From Propionibacteriaceae bacterium (GTDB taxonomy: Bacteria > Actinomycetota > Actinomycetes > Propionibacteriales > Propionibacteriaceae): DNA of 64,000 nt. Every line of letters starts with the position of its first letter. Position 1 is the stretch's first letter. The translations under genes were made by a program, and so were the position numbers. Shown here in pieces: positions 10,239 through 20,506 of this stretch. The stretch covers positions 61,593-125,592 of the forward strand of contig JBOFYY010000144.1 of NCBI GenBank assembly GCA_051654905.1, given 5' to 3'. The notes beneath the pieces were generated by a model. It was not told the DNA's origin. It did no database searches and worked only from the letters and a program-made list of their open reading frames with translations.

Positions 10239-10778
10239 TTAACGTCGAATCTTCAATATTAATCCAATAACTGCACCCGCAAATCTCACTCGCATCCACT
10301 GTGATGTAAGTACTCCGAGAACAGGACCTCCGGCGCATGCAAAGATAGCATTCATTACGTAGTCAGGTGGAGGGATGTCGTTATTCGCTCGATTTGCAAT
10401 ATCTTGGAGCGCTGATGCTGGGAGCGAGCCTAAAGCTCCTTTTGCGCACCAAGCGACTGCGGCAACGGCGACTGTGGCAACGACGGGTAAGGCGCGTGGA
10501 GACGGTCCTATAATCTCGTAGTCAATGCGCACGCCTTCTAGTGCTACTACGATGGATTTATCGATGAGTCCGCTGTCAATCATCTGCTTAGCTGCAGCGA
10601 TTTCTTTGTAAGTTAGTTTAACCATCCCAGAAGTATTGGCAACTCCTAATGTAGAGCAATTTACAGTAGTGGTGTAAGTTCCTTCTGTGGCCTGAGCTGG
10701 AGCCATTGGGGAAAGGGTTAACGAGATCGCAAGGGATAGTGATCCAATGACTGAGGTCTTGAAAAGGTTATATCTCAT
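10239..10778 (-). CDS. Secreted or membrane-anchored protein of unknown function
   Basis: ATG at 10778 (MRYNLFKTSVIGSLSLAISLTLSPMAPAQA) gives a Sec-type signal peptide with an AQA cleavage site and follows AGGAA. The C-terminal half is Ala/Gly/Val-rich and hydrophobic. Confidence 0.6.
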   Translation of the reverse strand: MRYNLFKTSVIGSLSLAISLTLSPMAPAQATEGTYTTTVNCSTLGVANTSGMVKLTYKEIAAAKQMIDSGLIDKSIVVALEGVRIDYEIIGPSPRALPVVATVAVAAVAWCAKGALGSLPASALQDIANRANNDIPPPDYVMNAIFACAGGPVLGVLTSQWMRVRFAGAVIGLILKIRR

Positions 10779-10912
10779 TGCTTTTCCTTTCAAGGGGTTT
10801 GCAAGCTTCGTTGCCTGCATAAGTCGATAATACTCGTTGTGGTTTATGGTGTAAAGGTTTTAGAGCATAAGATAGTAGTGAAATTAGTTTCTACCTTATT
10901 ATCGGCAGAGAT

Positions 10913-11731
10913 GTGTATAACCTAATGACTTTTTACGATATTGGTGATGCCGCGGACGAGCGGTTAAGAGACTATGTCTCGCTACGAGACACTAGCTTGC
11001 GACGTAGTTTAGAATCTCGCGAAGGTTTGTTCATCGCTGAGGGAGAAAAAGTTATTAAACGAGCTTTTGCGGCAGGTTATCGACCGCGATCGCTGATGCT
11101 GGCACGTCGATGGATTGATGGATTACAGGAAGAAATTGCTGCCAGCGATGTATCGGTTTATGTCGTTACCGAAGAACTAGCTGAACAAGTTACCGGGTTC
11201 CATGTACATCGCGGAGCGTTAGGGAGTTTTCACCGTCATACCCGCTATCAGTTCGATGATATGTTGCCGATGAATCGGCTGGTGGTCATGGAAGATGTTG
11301 TTGATCACGCTAATGTCGGAGCGATCCTGCGATCAGCAGCAGGATTAGGTTGGGATGGGGTGCTGTTAGCTCCGCGATCTGCTGATCCGCTCTATCGGAG
11401 AGCAATCAAAACATCTATGGGAGCAGTTTTCGGCCTGCCGTGGGCGCGGATAGATGATTGGGTGCACGGGTTAGAAGTCTTAAAAGAATCAGGTTTTACG
11501 GTAGTGGCATTAGCATTGCGTGAGGATGCAGTGCCACTGTCGCAATTTGCTGCTAGTTGCACTCCGGATCAGAAGATCGCAGTTTTGATGGGAACCGAAG
11601 GTAGTGGATTGTCGCAACATTGGCTGGAGCAAGCTGATGTAGTAGTTACCATTCCGATGGGCAATGGTATTGATTCGCTCAATGTTGCAGCAGCTACCGC
11701 TGTGGTTTGTTACACCTTGGGCGCTAACTAA
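10913..11731 (+). CDS. TrmH/SpoU family RNA 2'-O-methyltransferase
   Basis: C-terminal SpoU motifs NVGAILRSA, LMGTEGSGLS and IPMGNGIDSLNVAAA. The start is uncertain (GTG 10913 or ATG 10925). Confidence 0.85.
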   Translation: MYNLMTFYDIGDAADERLRDYVSLRDTSLRRSLESREGLFIAEGEKVIKRAFAAGYRPRSLMLARRWIDGLQEEIAASDVSVYVVTEELAEQVTGFHVHRGALGSFHRHTRYQFDDMLPMNRLVVMEDVVDHANVGAILRSAAGLGWDGVLLAPRSADPLYRRAIKTSMGAVFGLPWARIDDWVHGLEVLKESGFTVVALALREDAVPLSQFAASCTPDQKIAVLMGTEGSGLSQHWLEQADVVVTIPMGNGIDSLNVAAATAVVCYTLGAN

Positions 11732-11790
11732 ACAGCCTGCCGCAGATAACTAAGGAATTTCTACGGCAGGCGGTTCAACGAAGTAATGAA

Positions 11791-12369
11791 TTACTGTTTT
11801 GGAGTAGCTGGCCAGTCTGCAGGATAGCGATCAGCGGTTGCTTCATGAGATTTGTAAAGATTTTTGCGGCTACGAGCAGAAAGTCGATCACCAAAAACCA
11901 TGCCATTTAGATGGTCAGTCTCATGTTGTAGACAGCGAGCAAAGAACCCAGTTCCGGACACAGTAATTTCATTGCCGTCAATATCTTGTCCAGTACAAGT
12001 AGCAAAATCGGGACGAGCTAGTGCTTCGTATCCTCCCGGCAATGACAAACACCCTTCGTCAACTGAAACTAGATGACGCTGTCGACCCTCTGGCAACGTA
12101 ATGGTGGGATTGCAGACGATGCCTACATGGCGGTTGCCATCGTCGTCTGGGCAATCATAAACAAACATGGCAATACCAAGACCAACTTGAGTAGCAGCTA
12201 ATCCCACCCCATTAGCGGCTTCCATAGTGGCGAACATATCGCGAGCTAGCTGATGAAGCTCCTCATTGAATACGGTCACGGCAGTAGTTGGTTCATGCAT
12301 GATAGGAGTTCCCCAACGAGTGATAGGCAGAATATTACCGCCAGTCATCACATCTTTTATGTCTGTCAT
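11791..12369 (-). CDS. def: Peptide deformylase
   Basis: All three canonical motifs are present: GVGLAATQ, EGCLSLPG and QHETDHLNG. Confidence 0.95.
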   Translation of the reverse strand: MTDIKDVMTGGNILPITRWGTPIMHEPTTAVTVFNEELHQLARDMFATMEAANGVGLAATQVGLGIAMFVYDCPDDDGNRHVGIVCNPTITLPEGRQRHLVSVDEGCLSLPGGYEALARPDFATCTGQDIDGNEITVSGTGFFARCLQHETDHLNGMVFGDRLSARSRKNLYKSHEATADRYPADWPATPKQ

Positions 12370-12472
12370 AACAGCTCCTTATCGATCGTGAGGTGTCCTT
12401 GTGTGCACGCTACCTCATGTAGTAATCGTAGTGGGGAAGCGCGATGTGTGCTGCACGATAGCTGTTTAGAAG

Positions 12473-13432
12473 ATGCGTATTCTTAGCACTATGCAGGTTG
12501 GTGAGCAGCGCGATAGCGATATACCGAGTATCTTTCAGAAAGCTAACGAGGCTTTTTGTGAACATCTGGCAGCCGAGAGATCGTTATCGGCTCACACGAT
12601 TAGAGCTTATGGTGGTGATATCGAGGCGCTACTACAACATTTGGTAACTCAAGGTTTCGATAGTTTCGACGGTATTCATTTGCGAGATCTTCGTTCTTGG
12701 CTTGCTGATATGAGCGAACAGGGCGCTAAGAGAGCTAGTTTGCAACGTAGAAGTGCTGCGGCACGAGTCTTTTTTGCATGGCTACATCGCACTAATAGGT
12801 GTGATACTAACCCGACGCTAGCTTTACGATCGCCACGTTCTGAGAAGCGGCTACCAATCACAATTGATCAAGCTATGGCGCAGGGAATGATGGCAGCAGC
12901 TATTGGACGCCTTGCTGAAGAAGATAGTCCGATAGCGCGTAGAGACTTAGCGATATTGGAGACTCTCTACGGTGCGGGAGTTCGTGTTTCAGAACTTTGT
13001 GGATTGGATATATCAGGCATTGATCAGGAACGTCAGGTTATTCGAGTTCTAGGTAAAGGAAATAAGGAACGGGTAGTTCCGCTAGGAGCTCCTGCTTTTA
13101 AAGCATTGGATTCTTGGCTGCAAGTGCGTCATGAAATAGCTAAAGCTACTGCCAAAGAAGCAGTTTTTGTGGGGGAGCGTGGCGCTCGTATCGATCCGCG
13201 AGTAGTACGTCGAGTTGTTCATCAGGGGTTAGGTGTAGTTGAAGGGGCTCCTGATGCTGGGCCACATACGTTACGTCATGCCATGGCAACACATTTATTG
13301 GAAGGTGGAGCCGACTTGCGTAGTGTCCAAGAAATCTTGGGGCATCAATCGTTAGCAACTACTCAGATCTATACTCATGTCACTAATGAACGCTTGCGAG
13401 CTGCTTTCAATCAGGCACATCCACGTGCCTAA
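12473..13432 (+). CDS. xerC: Tyrosine recombinase XerC (chromosome dimer resolution)
   Basis: Catalytic residues in context (..GVRVSEL.., HTLRHAMATHLLEGGADLRSVQEILGHQSLATTQIYTHV). It occupies the conserved position upstream of rpsB. The start may be ATG 12491. Confidence 0.9.
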   Translation: MRILSTMQVGEQRDSDIPSIFQKANEAFCEHLAAERSLSAHTIRAYGGDIEALLQHLVTQGFDSFDGIHLRDLRSWLADMSEQGAKRASLQRRSAAARVFFAWLHRTNRCDTNPTLALRSPRSEKRLPITIDQAMAQGMMAAAIGRLAEEDSPIARRDLAILETLYGAGVRVSELCGLDISGIDQERQVIRVLGKGNKERVVPLGAPAFKALDSWLQVRHEIAKATAKEAVFVGERGARIDPRVVRRVVHQGLGVVEGAPDAGPHTLRHAMATHLLEGGADLRSVQEILGHQSLATTQIYTHVTNERLRAAFNQAHPRA

Positions 13433-13911
13433 TCGATAGTATCTAAAGCATCGGGCCGCGAAGACTTAGTAGGTAGCAGTCTGACATGTTGCGGTTTAAG
13501 TAATATCCGAGGATCAAGGTAAGTTTTTCCTCGTCGCAGTCCCCAGTGCAAACATGCAGTAGCAGTGCATTCAGGATGCCCTGCCAATAAGGTCCCGATC
13601 TGCTGTCCGCTGTGAACTTTAGCACCTACCGAAACTGTGGCGACGACTGGCTCATAAGTGCTCCGTAACGATCCATGAGTAATTACTACGACGGGACGTC
13701 CGGCAATATTTCCAGTGAATGTGACGACACCATCGGCTGGAACTGTGATGGAGTCTCCCACGTCGGCGGCAATATCGAGTCCGCGATGTCCTGGTAGCCA
13801 GTTAGGTTGGGGTGCAAAAAATTCGCGTACGACCGTACCTGGGGCTGGTGGTAAATGTGCTGTACTAACTAACGAAAAAATTGGTGTTAAAAGTAATGCG
13901 AAAAGTTTCAT
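13429..13911 (-). CDS. Secreted M23 family metallopeptidase
   Basis: N-terminal signal peptide, the HRGLDIA zinc motif, and a C-terminal HLHWG-like motif (CLHWGLR). Confidence 0.85.
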   Translation of the reverse strand: MKLFALLLTPIFSLVSTAHLPPAPGTVVREFFAPQPNWLPGHRGLDIAADVGDSITVPADGVVTFTGNIAGRPVVVITHGSLRSTYEPVVATVSVGAKVHSGQQIGTLLAGHPECTATACLHWGLRRGKTYLDPRILLKPQHVRLLPTKSSRPDALDTID

Positions 13912-13963
13912 AGTGATGAGAATGAAGGATCTGATCCAATAGCGCTACCGATGCTAGCGATGC

Positions 13964-14002
13964 TGTGGATAATCAGGTTCCATCAAATGCAAATGTGGAT
14001 AA
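13964..14002 (-). promoter_or_regulatory. Two perfect DnaA-box consensus 9-mers (TTATCCACA on the minus strand) in direct orientation, 30 bp apart
   Basis: TGTGGATAA occurs at 13964-13972 and at 13994-14002, in the divergent intergenic region between the M23 peptidase gene and rpsB. Confidence 0.45.
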
Positions 14003-14217
14003 AAGCAGTGGTTTGCTGCAAAGGCTAGCTCGGAAGTAGACTTTCGGTAGCGATTCAGCAGATCTGAGTCGACTTCACATGTGGTGCACAGGAAACTGAG
14101 CTATTTTTCGTGGTCCCTTTCGGGGGTGAGAAGTAGCTACCGCATTAGAGGCACCGAATAGCTCGGTGTCAGTAACTCAAAAGCGCACAGTTATTGTGCG
14201 CGCAGGAAGGAACGGTC

Positions 14218-15048
14218 ATGGCCGTCGTAACAGCCCGCCAGCTCCTTGAGAGCGGCGTCCACTTCGGACACCAGACTCGCCGTTGGAACCCGAAGATGAA
14301 GCGTTTCATCTTCACCGAGCGCAACGGCATCTACATCATTGATCTTCAGCAGTCGCTTACTTACATCGACCGCGCTTTCGCTTTCGTCAAGGACACTGTC
14401 GCTCGTGGCGGCACCGTGCTCTTCGTAGGCACCAAGAAGCAGGCTCAGGAAGCCATTGCTGAGCAGGCTACCCGCGTAGGTATGCCTTACATCAACCAGC
14501 GTTGGCTGGGCGGTATGCTCACTAACTTCGAGACCGTGAGCAAGCGTGTTTCGCGCCTCAAGGAACTCGAAGCAATGGATCTTGAAGATTCAGCTTCCAC
14601 CGGTCTTACCAAGAAGGAACTTCTCGGTCTCAAGCGTGAGTCAGAGAAGCTAGGCAAGACTCTCGGCGGTATCCGCGATATGGCTCGTACCCCGAATGCA
14701 GTATGGATCGTTGATACCAAGAAAGAACACTTGGCTGTCAGCGAAGCTCGCAAGCTGCATATCCCCATCATCGGCATCTTGGACACCAACTGTGATCCTG
14801 ATGAAGTTGATTTCGCTATCCCCGGCAACGATGACGCCATCCGCTCTGTTGCGCTACTTACCCGAGTGATTGCTGACGCTGTCGCCGAAGGTCTTGTTGC
14901 TCGTTCACAGCGTGGACAGTCCGGCGATCAGCCAGTAGCAGAGCCAATGCCAGAGTGGGAGCGCGAACTCCTTGGTGCTGCTGAGGCTCCAGAAGCTACC
15001 GAAGAAACCGCTGCTGAGGCTCCGGTAGCCGACGCTGAGGCCAAGTAA
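14218..15048 (+). CDS. rpsB: 30S ribosomal protein S2
   Basis: [27 protein letters not shown] is the canonical S2 N-terminus. ATG 14218 follows AGGAAGG. The protein has an acidic C-terminal tail. Confidence 0.97.
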   Translation: MAVVTARQLLESGVHFGHQTRRWNPKMKRFIFTERNGIYIIDLQQSLTYIDRAFAFVKDTVARGGTVLFVGTKKQAQEAIAEQATRVGMPYINQRWLGGMLTNFETVSKRVSRLKELEAMDLEDSASTGLTKKELLGLKRESEKLGKTLGGIRDMARTPNAVWIVDTKKEHLAVSEARKLHIPIIGILDTNCDPDEVDFAIPGNDDAIRSVALLTRVIADAVAEGLVARSQRGQSGDQPVAEPMPEWERELLGAAEAPEATEETAAEAPVADAEAK

Positions 15049-15080
15049 ACTTCTACAACCACTAAAGGGGAATAACGAAC

Positions 15081-15896
15081 ATGGCATCAATTACTGCCAA
15101 GGACGTCCAGAACCTTCGTCAGGCCACTGGCGCTGGCATGATGGACGCGAAGAAGGCACTCACTGAGGCTGACGGCGACTTCGAAGCCGCTGTAGAAATC
15201 CTTCGTATTTCAGGTCTGGCTAAGGCTGCCAAGCGTGCCGATCGTGAAGCATCTAATGGCATCGTTGCTGCTAGCGGCAATGCGCTCATTCAGCTTGCTG
15301 CTGAGACAGACTTCGTTGCTAAGAACGAAGAGTTTGTTGCTCTTGCCGACGCTATCGCTAAGGCTGTTGATCAGAACAAGGCTGATGGCGTAGCAGCTGC
15401 TAATGCTGTCAAGCTTGAGTCGGGTGAAACTGTTGAAGATGCTATTGCAACTCTTCTTGCCAAGATTGGTGAGAAGCTAGAGCTTAAAGAAGCTGCTTAC
15501 TTCTATGGTACCGCTCACATCTACTTACACCGTCGTTCACAGGACCTCCCACCACAGGTTGGCGTGGGCGTTCTCTACGAAGGTGGCGACGATGCTTTTG
15601 CTCGCGGTATTGCGATGCAGATTGCAGCTATGAGCCCCACTTACCTCACTCGTGATGACGTCCCAGCTGATGTTGTCGAGAACGAGCGTCGTATTGCAGA
15701 AGCAACTTCTCGTGAAGAAGGTAAGCCAGAAGCTGCGCTACCGAAGATCATCGAGGGTCGCCTAAATGGCTTCTTCAAGGATGTGGCGCTGCTCGATCAG
15801 CCGTCAGTTTCTGATGACAAGAAGTCGGTTGGTAAACTGCTAGAAGAGAATGGTGTAAAGATCATTCGCTTCGTGCGTTTCAGCGCAGGTAACTGA
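15081..15896 (+). CDS. tsf: Elongation factor Ts
   Basis: N-terminal UBA-like motif [16 protein letters not shown] and the conserved position after rpsB. Confidence 0.97.
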   Translation: MASITAKDVQNLRQATGAGMMDAKKALTEADGDFEAAVEILRISGLAKAAKRADREASNGIVAASGNALIQLAAETDFVAKNEEFVALADAIAKAVDQNKADGVAAANAVKLESGETVEDAIATLLAKIGEKLELKEAAYFYGTAHIYLHRRSQDLPPQVGVGVLYEGGDDAFARGIAMQIAAMSPTYLTRDDVPADVVENERRIAEATSREEGKPEAALPKIIEGRLNGFFKDVALLDQPSVSDDKKSVGKLLEENGVKIIRFVRFSAGN

Positions 15897-15903
15897 TCTA
15901 GTA

Positions 15904-15943
15904 AAGTGGCGGGAGCGAGAAGTCGCTTCCGCCACTTTTCTTT
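15904..15943 (+). terminator. Intrinsic terminator after tsf
   Basis: 15-bp stem AAGTGGCGGGAGCGA / TCGCTTCCGCCACTT (one G-U pair) with a GAAG loop, followed by TTTTCTTT. Confidence 0.8.
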
Positions 15944-15958
15944 GCCCAGGAGGGGTTC

Positions 15959-16666
15959 ATGGCTTATAAGCGTGTTTTACTCAAGCTGTCAGGTGAAGCT
16001 TTTGGCGGTGGTCAGATTGGTGTCGATCCAGATGTGATTGATGCAGTTGCCAAACAGCTGGCTACCGTTGTTGCCACAGGAACTCAAGTTGCTATCGTCG
16101 TAGGCGGCGGTAACTTCTTCCGTGGAGCTGAACTACAGCAGCGTGGTATCGAACGAGATCGTGCCGACTACATGGGAATGTTGGGCACTGTGATGAACTG
16201 CTTGGCGTTACAAGACTTTTGTGAAAAAGCAGGAGTTCCTACCCGGGTGCAGACTGCTATTGCAATGGGGCAGGTAGCTGAACCTTATATTCCGCGCAAA
16301 GCAGAGCGACATATGGAAAAGGGACGCATCGTTATTTTTGGTGCCGGTTCTGGAATGCCGTACTTTTCAACAGATACAGTTGCAGCTCAGCGAGCACTCG
16401 AAATTGGGGCAGAAGTACTGTTTATGGCCAAACAGGGTGCTGATGGGGTCTTTGATAAAGACCCGAATAAGTATGTTGACGCTAAAATGTTTACCGATCT
16501 GTCTTATGATGAGTTCTTAGCCAGAGGATTAAAAGTAGCTGACGCTACGGCTATTTCTCTAGCTCGAGATAACGATCTATCAATGGTTTTCTTTAACCTT
16601 GATGACCCAGCCAATATCTCCCGTGCTCTAGGTGGAGCAAAAATGGGAACTACGCTACATCGCTAA
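15959..16666 (+). CDS. pyrH: UMP kinase
   Basis: [22 protein letters not shown] and the [12 protein letters not shown] motif. Confidence 0.95.
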   Translation: MAYKRVLLKLSGEAFGGGQIGVDPDVIDAVAKQLATVVATGTQVAIVVGGGNFFRGAELQQRGIERDRADYMGMLGTVMNCLALQDFCEKAGVPTRVQTAIAMGQVAEPYIPRKAERHMEKGRIVIFGAGSGMPYFSTDTVAAQRALEIGAEVLFMAKQGADGVFDKDPNKYVDAKMFTDLSYDEFLARGLKVADATAISLARDNDLSMVFFNLDDPANISRALGGAKMGTTLHR

Positions 16667-16729
16667 ATCTGCTATTTAGTCTGATGTGGGGTATTTTCTC
16701 TTTATATTCATTATTCGGAAGGAAAAACC

Positions 16730-17287
16730 GTGATTCCTGAGATTCTCGCTGAAGCCGAGTCCAAAATGGCTACGGCTGTTGAGTTTGCCAAGGAGGAGTT
16801 CGCGGCCATCCGTACCGGTCGTGCTCATCCTGCTATGTTTTCCAAGATTATGGTGGATTACTACGGTCAGATGACCCCGCTACAACAGCTTGCCTCATTC
16901 CAGGTTCCAGAGGCTCGTACTGTGATGGTAACGCCATATGATCGTGGCGCCATGACTGCAATCGAAAAAGCTATTCGCGACTCAGACCTTGGCGTTAACC
17001 CATCTAATGATGGCAATGTACTGCGTTTGGTTTTGCCAGTGCTGACAGAAGATCGTCGCAAAGAATACACCAAACTTGCCAAGACTAAGGCCGAAGATGC
17101 TCGAATCTCGATTCGTAATCTACGTCGTCATGCTAAAGATGCCATCGATAAGCTCCTCAAAGATAAAGAGGTTGGCGAGGACGATGCTGCTGGTGCAGAA
17201 AAGAAACTTGATCTCATCACAAAGAAGCATACCGAAGCCATCGACAGCGTTCTGAAGGCTAAAGAAGCTGAGTTGCTAGAGGTTTAA
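16730..17287 (+). CDS. frr: Ribosome recycling factor
   Basis: 185 aa with the typical RRF sequence (..FAAIRTGRAHPAM.., ..LPVLTEDRRKE..). Confidence 0.95.
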   Translation: MIPEILAEAESKMATAVEFAKEEFAAIRTGRAHPAMFSKIMVDYYGQMTPLQQLASFQVPEARTVMVTPYDRGAMTAIEKAIRDSDLGVNPSNDGNVLRLVLPVLTEDRRKEYTKLAKTKAEDARISIRNLRRHAKDAIDKLLKDKEVGEDDAAGAEKKLDLITKKHTEAIDSVLKAKEAELLEV

Positions 17288-18204
17288 TGACTGTCGATGA
17301 CAGCATCTCTGCGATGCTTCCTGATGATGCCCCGCCTGTCGTATCCAACGGCAAGGCGGGGCGTAATCTGCCTGTAGCAATTGCGGTTGGTCTAGGGCTA
17401 GTAGCGTCTGCTGCGGTAACTCTTGCTTGGTGGAACTGGGGATTTGTTATCTTGACAGCTATCGCTTTGTGCCTAGCGGCTGTAGAGGTTCACTCAGCTT
17501 TACTACGTAAAGGTGCTGAATCTGCCATCGTGCCTATTTTGGTAGGTACGGTTTTGATCGTTACCGGGTCTTACTATGCTGGGCATCGTCTTCATCTAGA
17601 GCATGGTCAGCTAATCCATATGCCTTCAAATACGTTGTTGCTAGCTGGTCTAGGCGTGACGGTGGTAGGAGCATTAGTTTGGCGAATGAAGAAGGGGCCT
17701 AACGGCTTCGTAAAAGATGCTTCGGCAAGTATGTTCATCATTGGATATGTCTCATTATTGGGATCTTTTATTGCTTTGATGCTGGCTGGTTCTCATGGCG
17801 CTGCGCGAGTTATTACTTTCTTATTGTGTGTTCCAGCCAGTGATACTGGCGGCTATATCGCAGGTGTTCTTTTTGGTAAGCATCAGATGACACCAGTTAT
17901 TAGCCCGAAAAAAACTTGGGAAGGTTTAGCCGGGTCATTTATTTTGGCCAGCATCATGGGCATGATCATGACTAAAGTGGCTCTCCATTCGCCGATCTGG
18001 GTCGGAATTATCTTTGGCATTGTCTGTGCCGCAGCTGGTACTTGCGGTGATTTGATCGAAAGTCTTGTGAAACGAGATGTGGGTATCAAAGACATGAGTT
18101 CGTTTTTGCCCGGACATGGTGGTGTAATGGATCGCTTAGATTCATTATTAGTTGCTGCTCCGGCTGCTTGGCTGGTGTTATATCTACTTGTTCCCGGAGG
18201 CTAA
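17287..18204 (+). CDS. cdsA: Phosphatidate cytidylyltransferase
   Basis: Polytopic membrane protein with the CDS signature [31 protein letters not shown] overlaps the frr stop (TAATG). Confidence 0.9.
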   Translation: MTVDDSISAMLPDDAPPVVSNGKAGRNLPVAIAVGLGLVASAAVTLAWWNWGFVILTAIALCLAAVEVHSALLRKGAESAIVPILVGTVLIVTGSYYAGHRLHLEHGQLIHMPSNTLLLAGLGVTVVGALVWRMKKGPNGFVKDASASMFIIGYVSLLGSFIALMLAGSHGAARVITFLLCVPASDTGGYIAGVLFGKHQMTPVISPKKTWEGLAGSFILASIMGMIMTKVALHSPIWVGIIFGIVCAAAGTCGDLIESLVKRDVGIKDMSSFLPGHGGVMDRLDSLLVAAPAAWLVLYLLVPGG

Positions 18205-18209
18205 AATAT

Positions 18210-19349
18210 ATGACCGACCAGCTAAGCCCCAGCACCTTGCCTCGGCTTACGCTGCGGCCAGCATCTCGTCGAGAAAAGCCGCCGCGCCATTGGCTAGATC
18301 TGACTGCCGACGATCGGATAGCTGCGCTCAAAGAATTAGGTCAGCCGGCTTTTAGAGCTAAGCAAATTAATACTCACTTATGTGAACATTTTTCTACCGA
18401 TCCCAGTACTTGGACGGATCTACCAGCAACACTACGCGATACTGTCGCAGAATCATTATTGCCGCAGCTGCTTACCGATACTGATTCACTACGTTGCGAT
18501 GGCGATACTACGGTAAAAACCTTGTGGCGGTTATGCGATGGCTCGTTAGTGGAGTCGGTGCTAATGCGTTACCCGTCTAGAGCTACGTTATGTGTATCGT
18601 CGCAAGCTGGTTGCGCGATGGCATGTCCGTTTTGTGCCACGGGTCAGGGAGGGCTGCAACGTAACTTGTCTACGGCTGAAATTTTGATGCAAGTAGTAGA
18701 CGGATTTAGACGACTGCAGTCAGGTGAGATTCCGGGGGAGCCAATCCGGGTAAGTAACGTTGTATTTATGGGGATGGGTGAGCCCATGGCTAATTACAAC
18801 AAGCTGATGGCTGCTATCCGAACGATGATTGCTCCAGCTCCTAGCGGATTAGGGATGAGCGCTCGTGGTATCACCGTTTCGACGGTAGGACTAGTTCCTC
18901 GTATGAAACAACTAGCTGAAGAAGGTTTGCCAGTTACTTTAGCGTTATCGCTACATGCGCCTACTGATGAGCTACGTAATGAGTTAGTTCCGATTAACAC
19001 TCACTATTCGGTTGCCGAAACTATCGCTGCAGCGTATAACTATTTTGAAGTGACCGGGCGGCGAGTTTCCATCGAATATGCGATGATGCGCGATATTAAC
19101 GATTCGGCAGAGATGGCAGATGAACTAGCTAGGGTTTTAGCCAAACATGGCCGACATTGGGTGCATGTGAATCTTATTCCACTTAATCCCACTCCCGGAT
19201 CACGCTGGACGGCATCTCGCCCGCAAGATGAGAAAGAGTTTGTCCGTAGGCTTGAAGCCCGTGGCATAGCTACAACAGTCCGCGAAACTCGTGGTCGAGA
19301 GATTGACGGGGCCTGTGGGCAGCTTGCGGCTAAAAATACTAAAGATTAG
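18210..19349 (+). CDS. rlmN: 23S rRNA/tRNA adenine-C2 methyltransferase RlmN (radical SAM)
   Basis: Radical-SAM cluster motif [12 protein letters not shown], the C-terminal conserved Cys (GACGQL), and GMGEP. ATG 18210 was chosen because it starts just after the cdsA stop. Confidence 0.92.
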   Translation: MTDQLSPSTLPRLTLRPASRREKPPRHWLDLTADDRIAALKELGQPAFRAKQINTHLCEHFSTDPSTWTDLPATLRDTVAESLLPQLLTDTDSLRCDGDTTVKTLWRLCDGSLVESVLMRYPSRATLCVSSQAGCAMACPFCATGQGGLQRNLSTAEILMQVVDGFRRLQSGEIPGEPIRVSNVVFMGMGEPMANYNKLMAAIRTMIAPAPSGLGMSARGITVSTVGLVPRMKQLAEEGLPVTLALSLHAPTDELRNELVPINTHYSVAETIAAAYNYFEVTGRRVSIEYAMMRDINDSAEMADELARVLAKHGRHWVHVNLIPLNPTPGSRWTASRPQDEKEFVRRLEARGIATTVRETRGREIDGACGQLAAKNTKD

Positions 19350-20428
19350 GTTGTGAGTGCGAACCAAGCGTCATCGATCGTATCGACTAATTGTAGTTTG
19401 CTTGCCATGAGACGGTCTTGTCCTAAAGTGGTGAGTAAATCCCATACGGGCAGCGTCGAAGTCCATTGATTTCGACCTACCAAAATTAACGGAGCGATTG
19501 ATTCTAAATCGTGGGCGTAATAGTTTCCAGTTACGGCTTGGAAGAGTTCTTGAACAGTGCCTGCTGCGCCCGGTAAGTAGATAAGACCCCCGCGGCAGAT
19601 GCTTAGGAGAGTATCTTCGCGCAATGCGTTAGAAAAATATTTAGCGATACTGCTGGCAAAAGCATTTGGCGGTTCATGTCCATAAAACCAGGTTGGGATT
19701 CCTAACGAATCAGCGCCAGCTCCGAAAGTATCTTTTATTTTAAAAGCTGCGGCAGCCCATTGATCGATACTGGGGCGAAATGAGGGGGCTTGCGCTAGCA
19801 TGGCGCAGGCTTGGTCGCGTTGGGTAGAGCTGTGTTTGCTGAGCATAGCGCCAAGGTTGGTAGCTTCCATTGCTCCGGGGCCACCGCCTGATACAACATA
19901 GTAACCAGATGAAGTTAGTTTTGCTCCGAGCTCTACAGCTTCTCGGTAACTACTAGTGCCGCGTTCTAAAGCATGTCCGCCCATAACTCCTACGATGCGG
20001 TGTGGGTCGTGCTGAGAAAGATGGTCACTAAGGGCGTCACTGATGGCATGATCATGCAAGCTAGTAATGAGAGTGTGTTCTAGCGCGGCAGGGGTTGCAG
20101 TGCTCCATGCGTAGGAACGACCATCTAGTGAGCTTGCATAAGATCGGTCATCAGAAAGCAGGAGCTCTTGGGGAGTGTATAGCGCGGCTCGGTAAGGATT
20201 TATTGGGGTCTGAGGAAGGTCGGGGAAAATAAGCCCGTGGCGCGCCCGTAGCCAAGTTTCTTGTTCCAGAGTCAGATCACAACCTAGAAAAATACTGTGA
20301 CTGGGGTTGATAGCGGTCAGATCCCGGTCTCGTAAATCAAGAGATTGAATGATGACTCCGATCAAATCTTGGTGGGAGGAAAGGTACTGATCCCACTGTT
20401 GGAGAGACTCAATCTCAATGCGTGTCAT
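19346..20428 (-). CDS. LOG / TIGR00730-family Rossmann-fold protein with a long N-terminal extension
   Basis: GGGPGAMEA and PGAAGTVQE (PGGxGTxxE-like) motifs in the C-terminal two thirds. The N-terminal ~140 aa are unassigned. Confidence 0.75.
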   Translation of the reverse strand: MTRIEIESLQQWDQYLSSHQDLIGVIIQSLDLRDRDLTAINPSHSIFLGCDLTLEQETWLRARHGLIFPDLPQTPINPYRAALYTPQELLLSDDRSYASSLDGRSYAWSTATPAALEHTLITSLHDHAISDALSDHLSQHDPHRIVGVMGGHALERGTSSYREAVELGAKLTSSGYYVVSGGGPGAMEATNLGAMLSKHSSTQRDQACAMLAQAPSFRPSIDQWAAAAFKIKDTFGAGADSLGIPTWFYGHEPPNAFASSIAKYFSNALREDTLLSICRGGLIYLPGAAGTVQELFQAVTGNYYAHDLESIAPLILVGRNQWTSTLPVWDLLTTLGQDRLMASKLQLVDTIDDAWFALTT

Positions 20429-20506
20429 AAAACTATCTTAGAGCGCAGGCGATCCCAGATTCTGACTTTCTTTCGTATCAGGAACCGACCATGACAAGAT
20501 GGAGTT

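Noticed and set aside
12473-13432. The tyrosine recombinase as the integrase of a mobile element.
   Set aside because: It sits in the conserved xerC position upstream of the M23 peptidase gene and rpsB. There are no flanking repeats, no tRNA target and no cargo genes, so this is housekeeping XerC.
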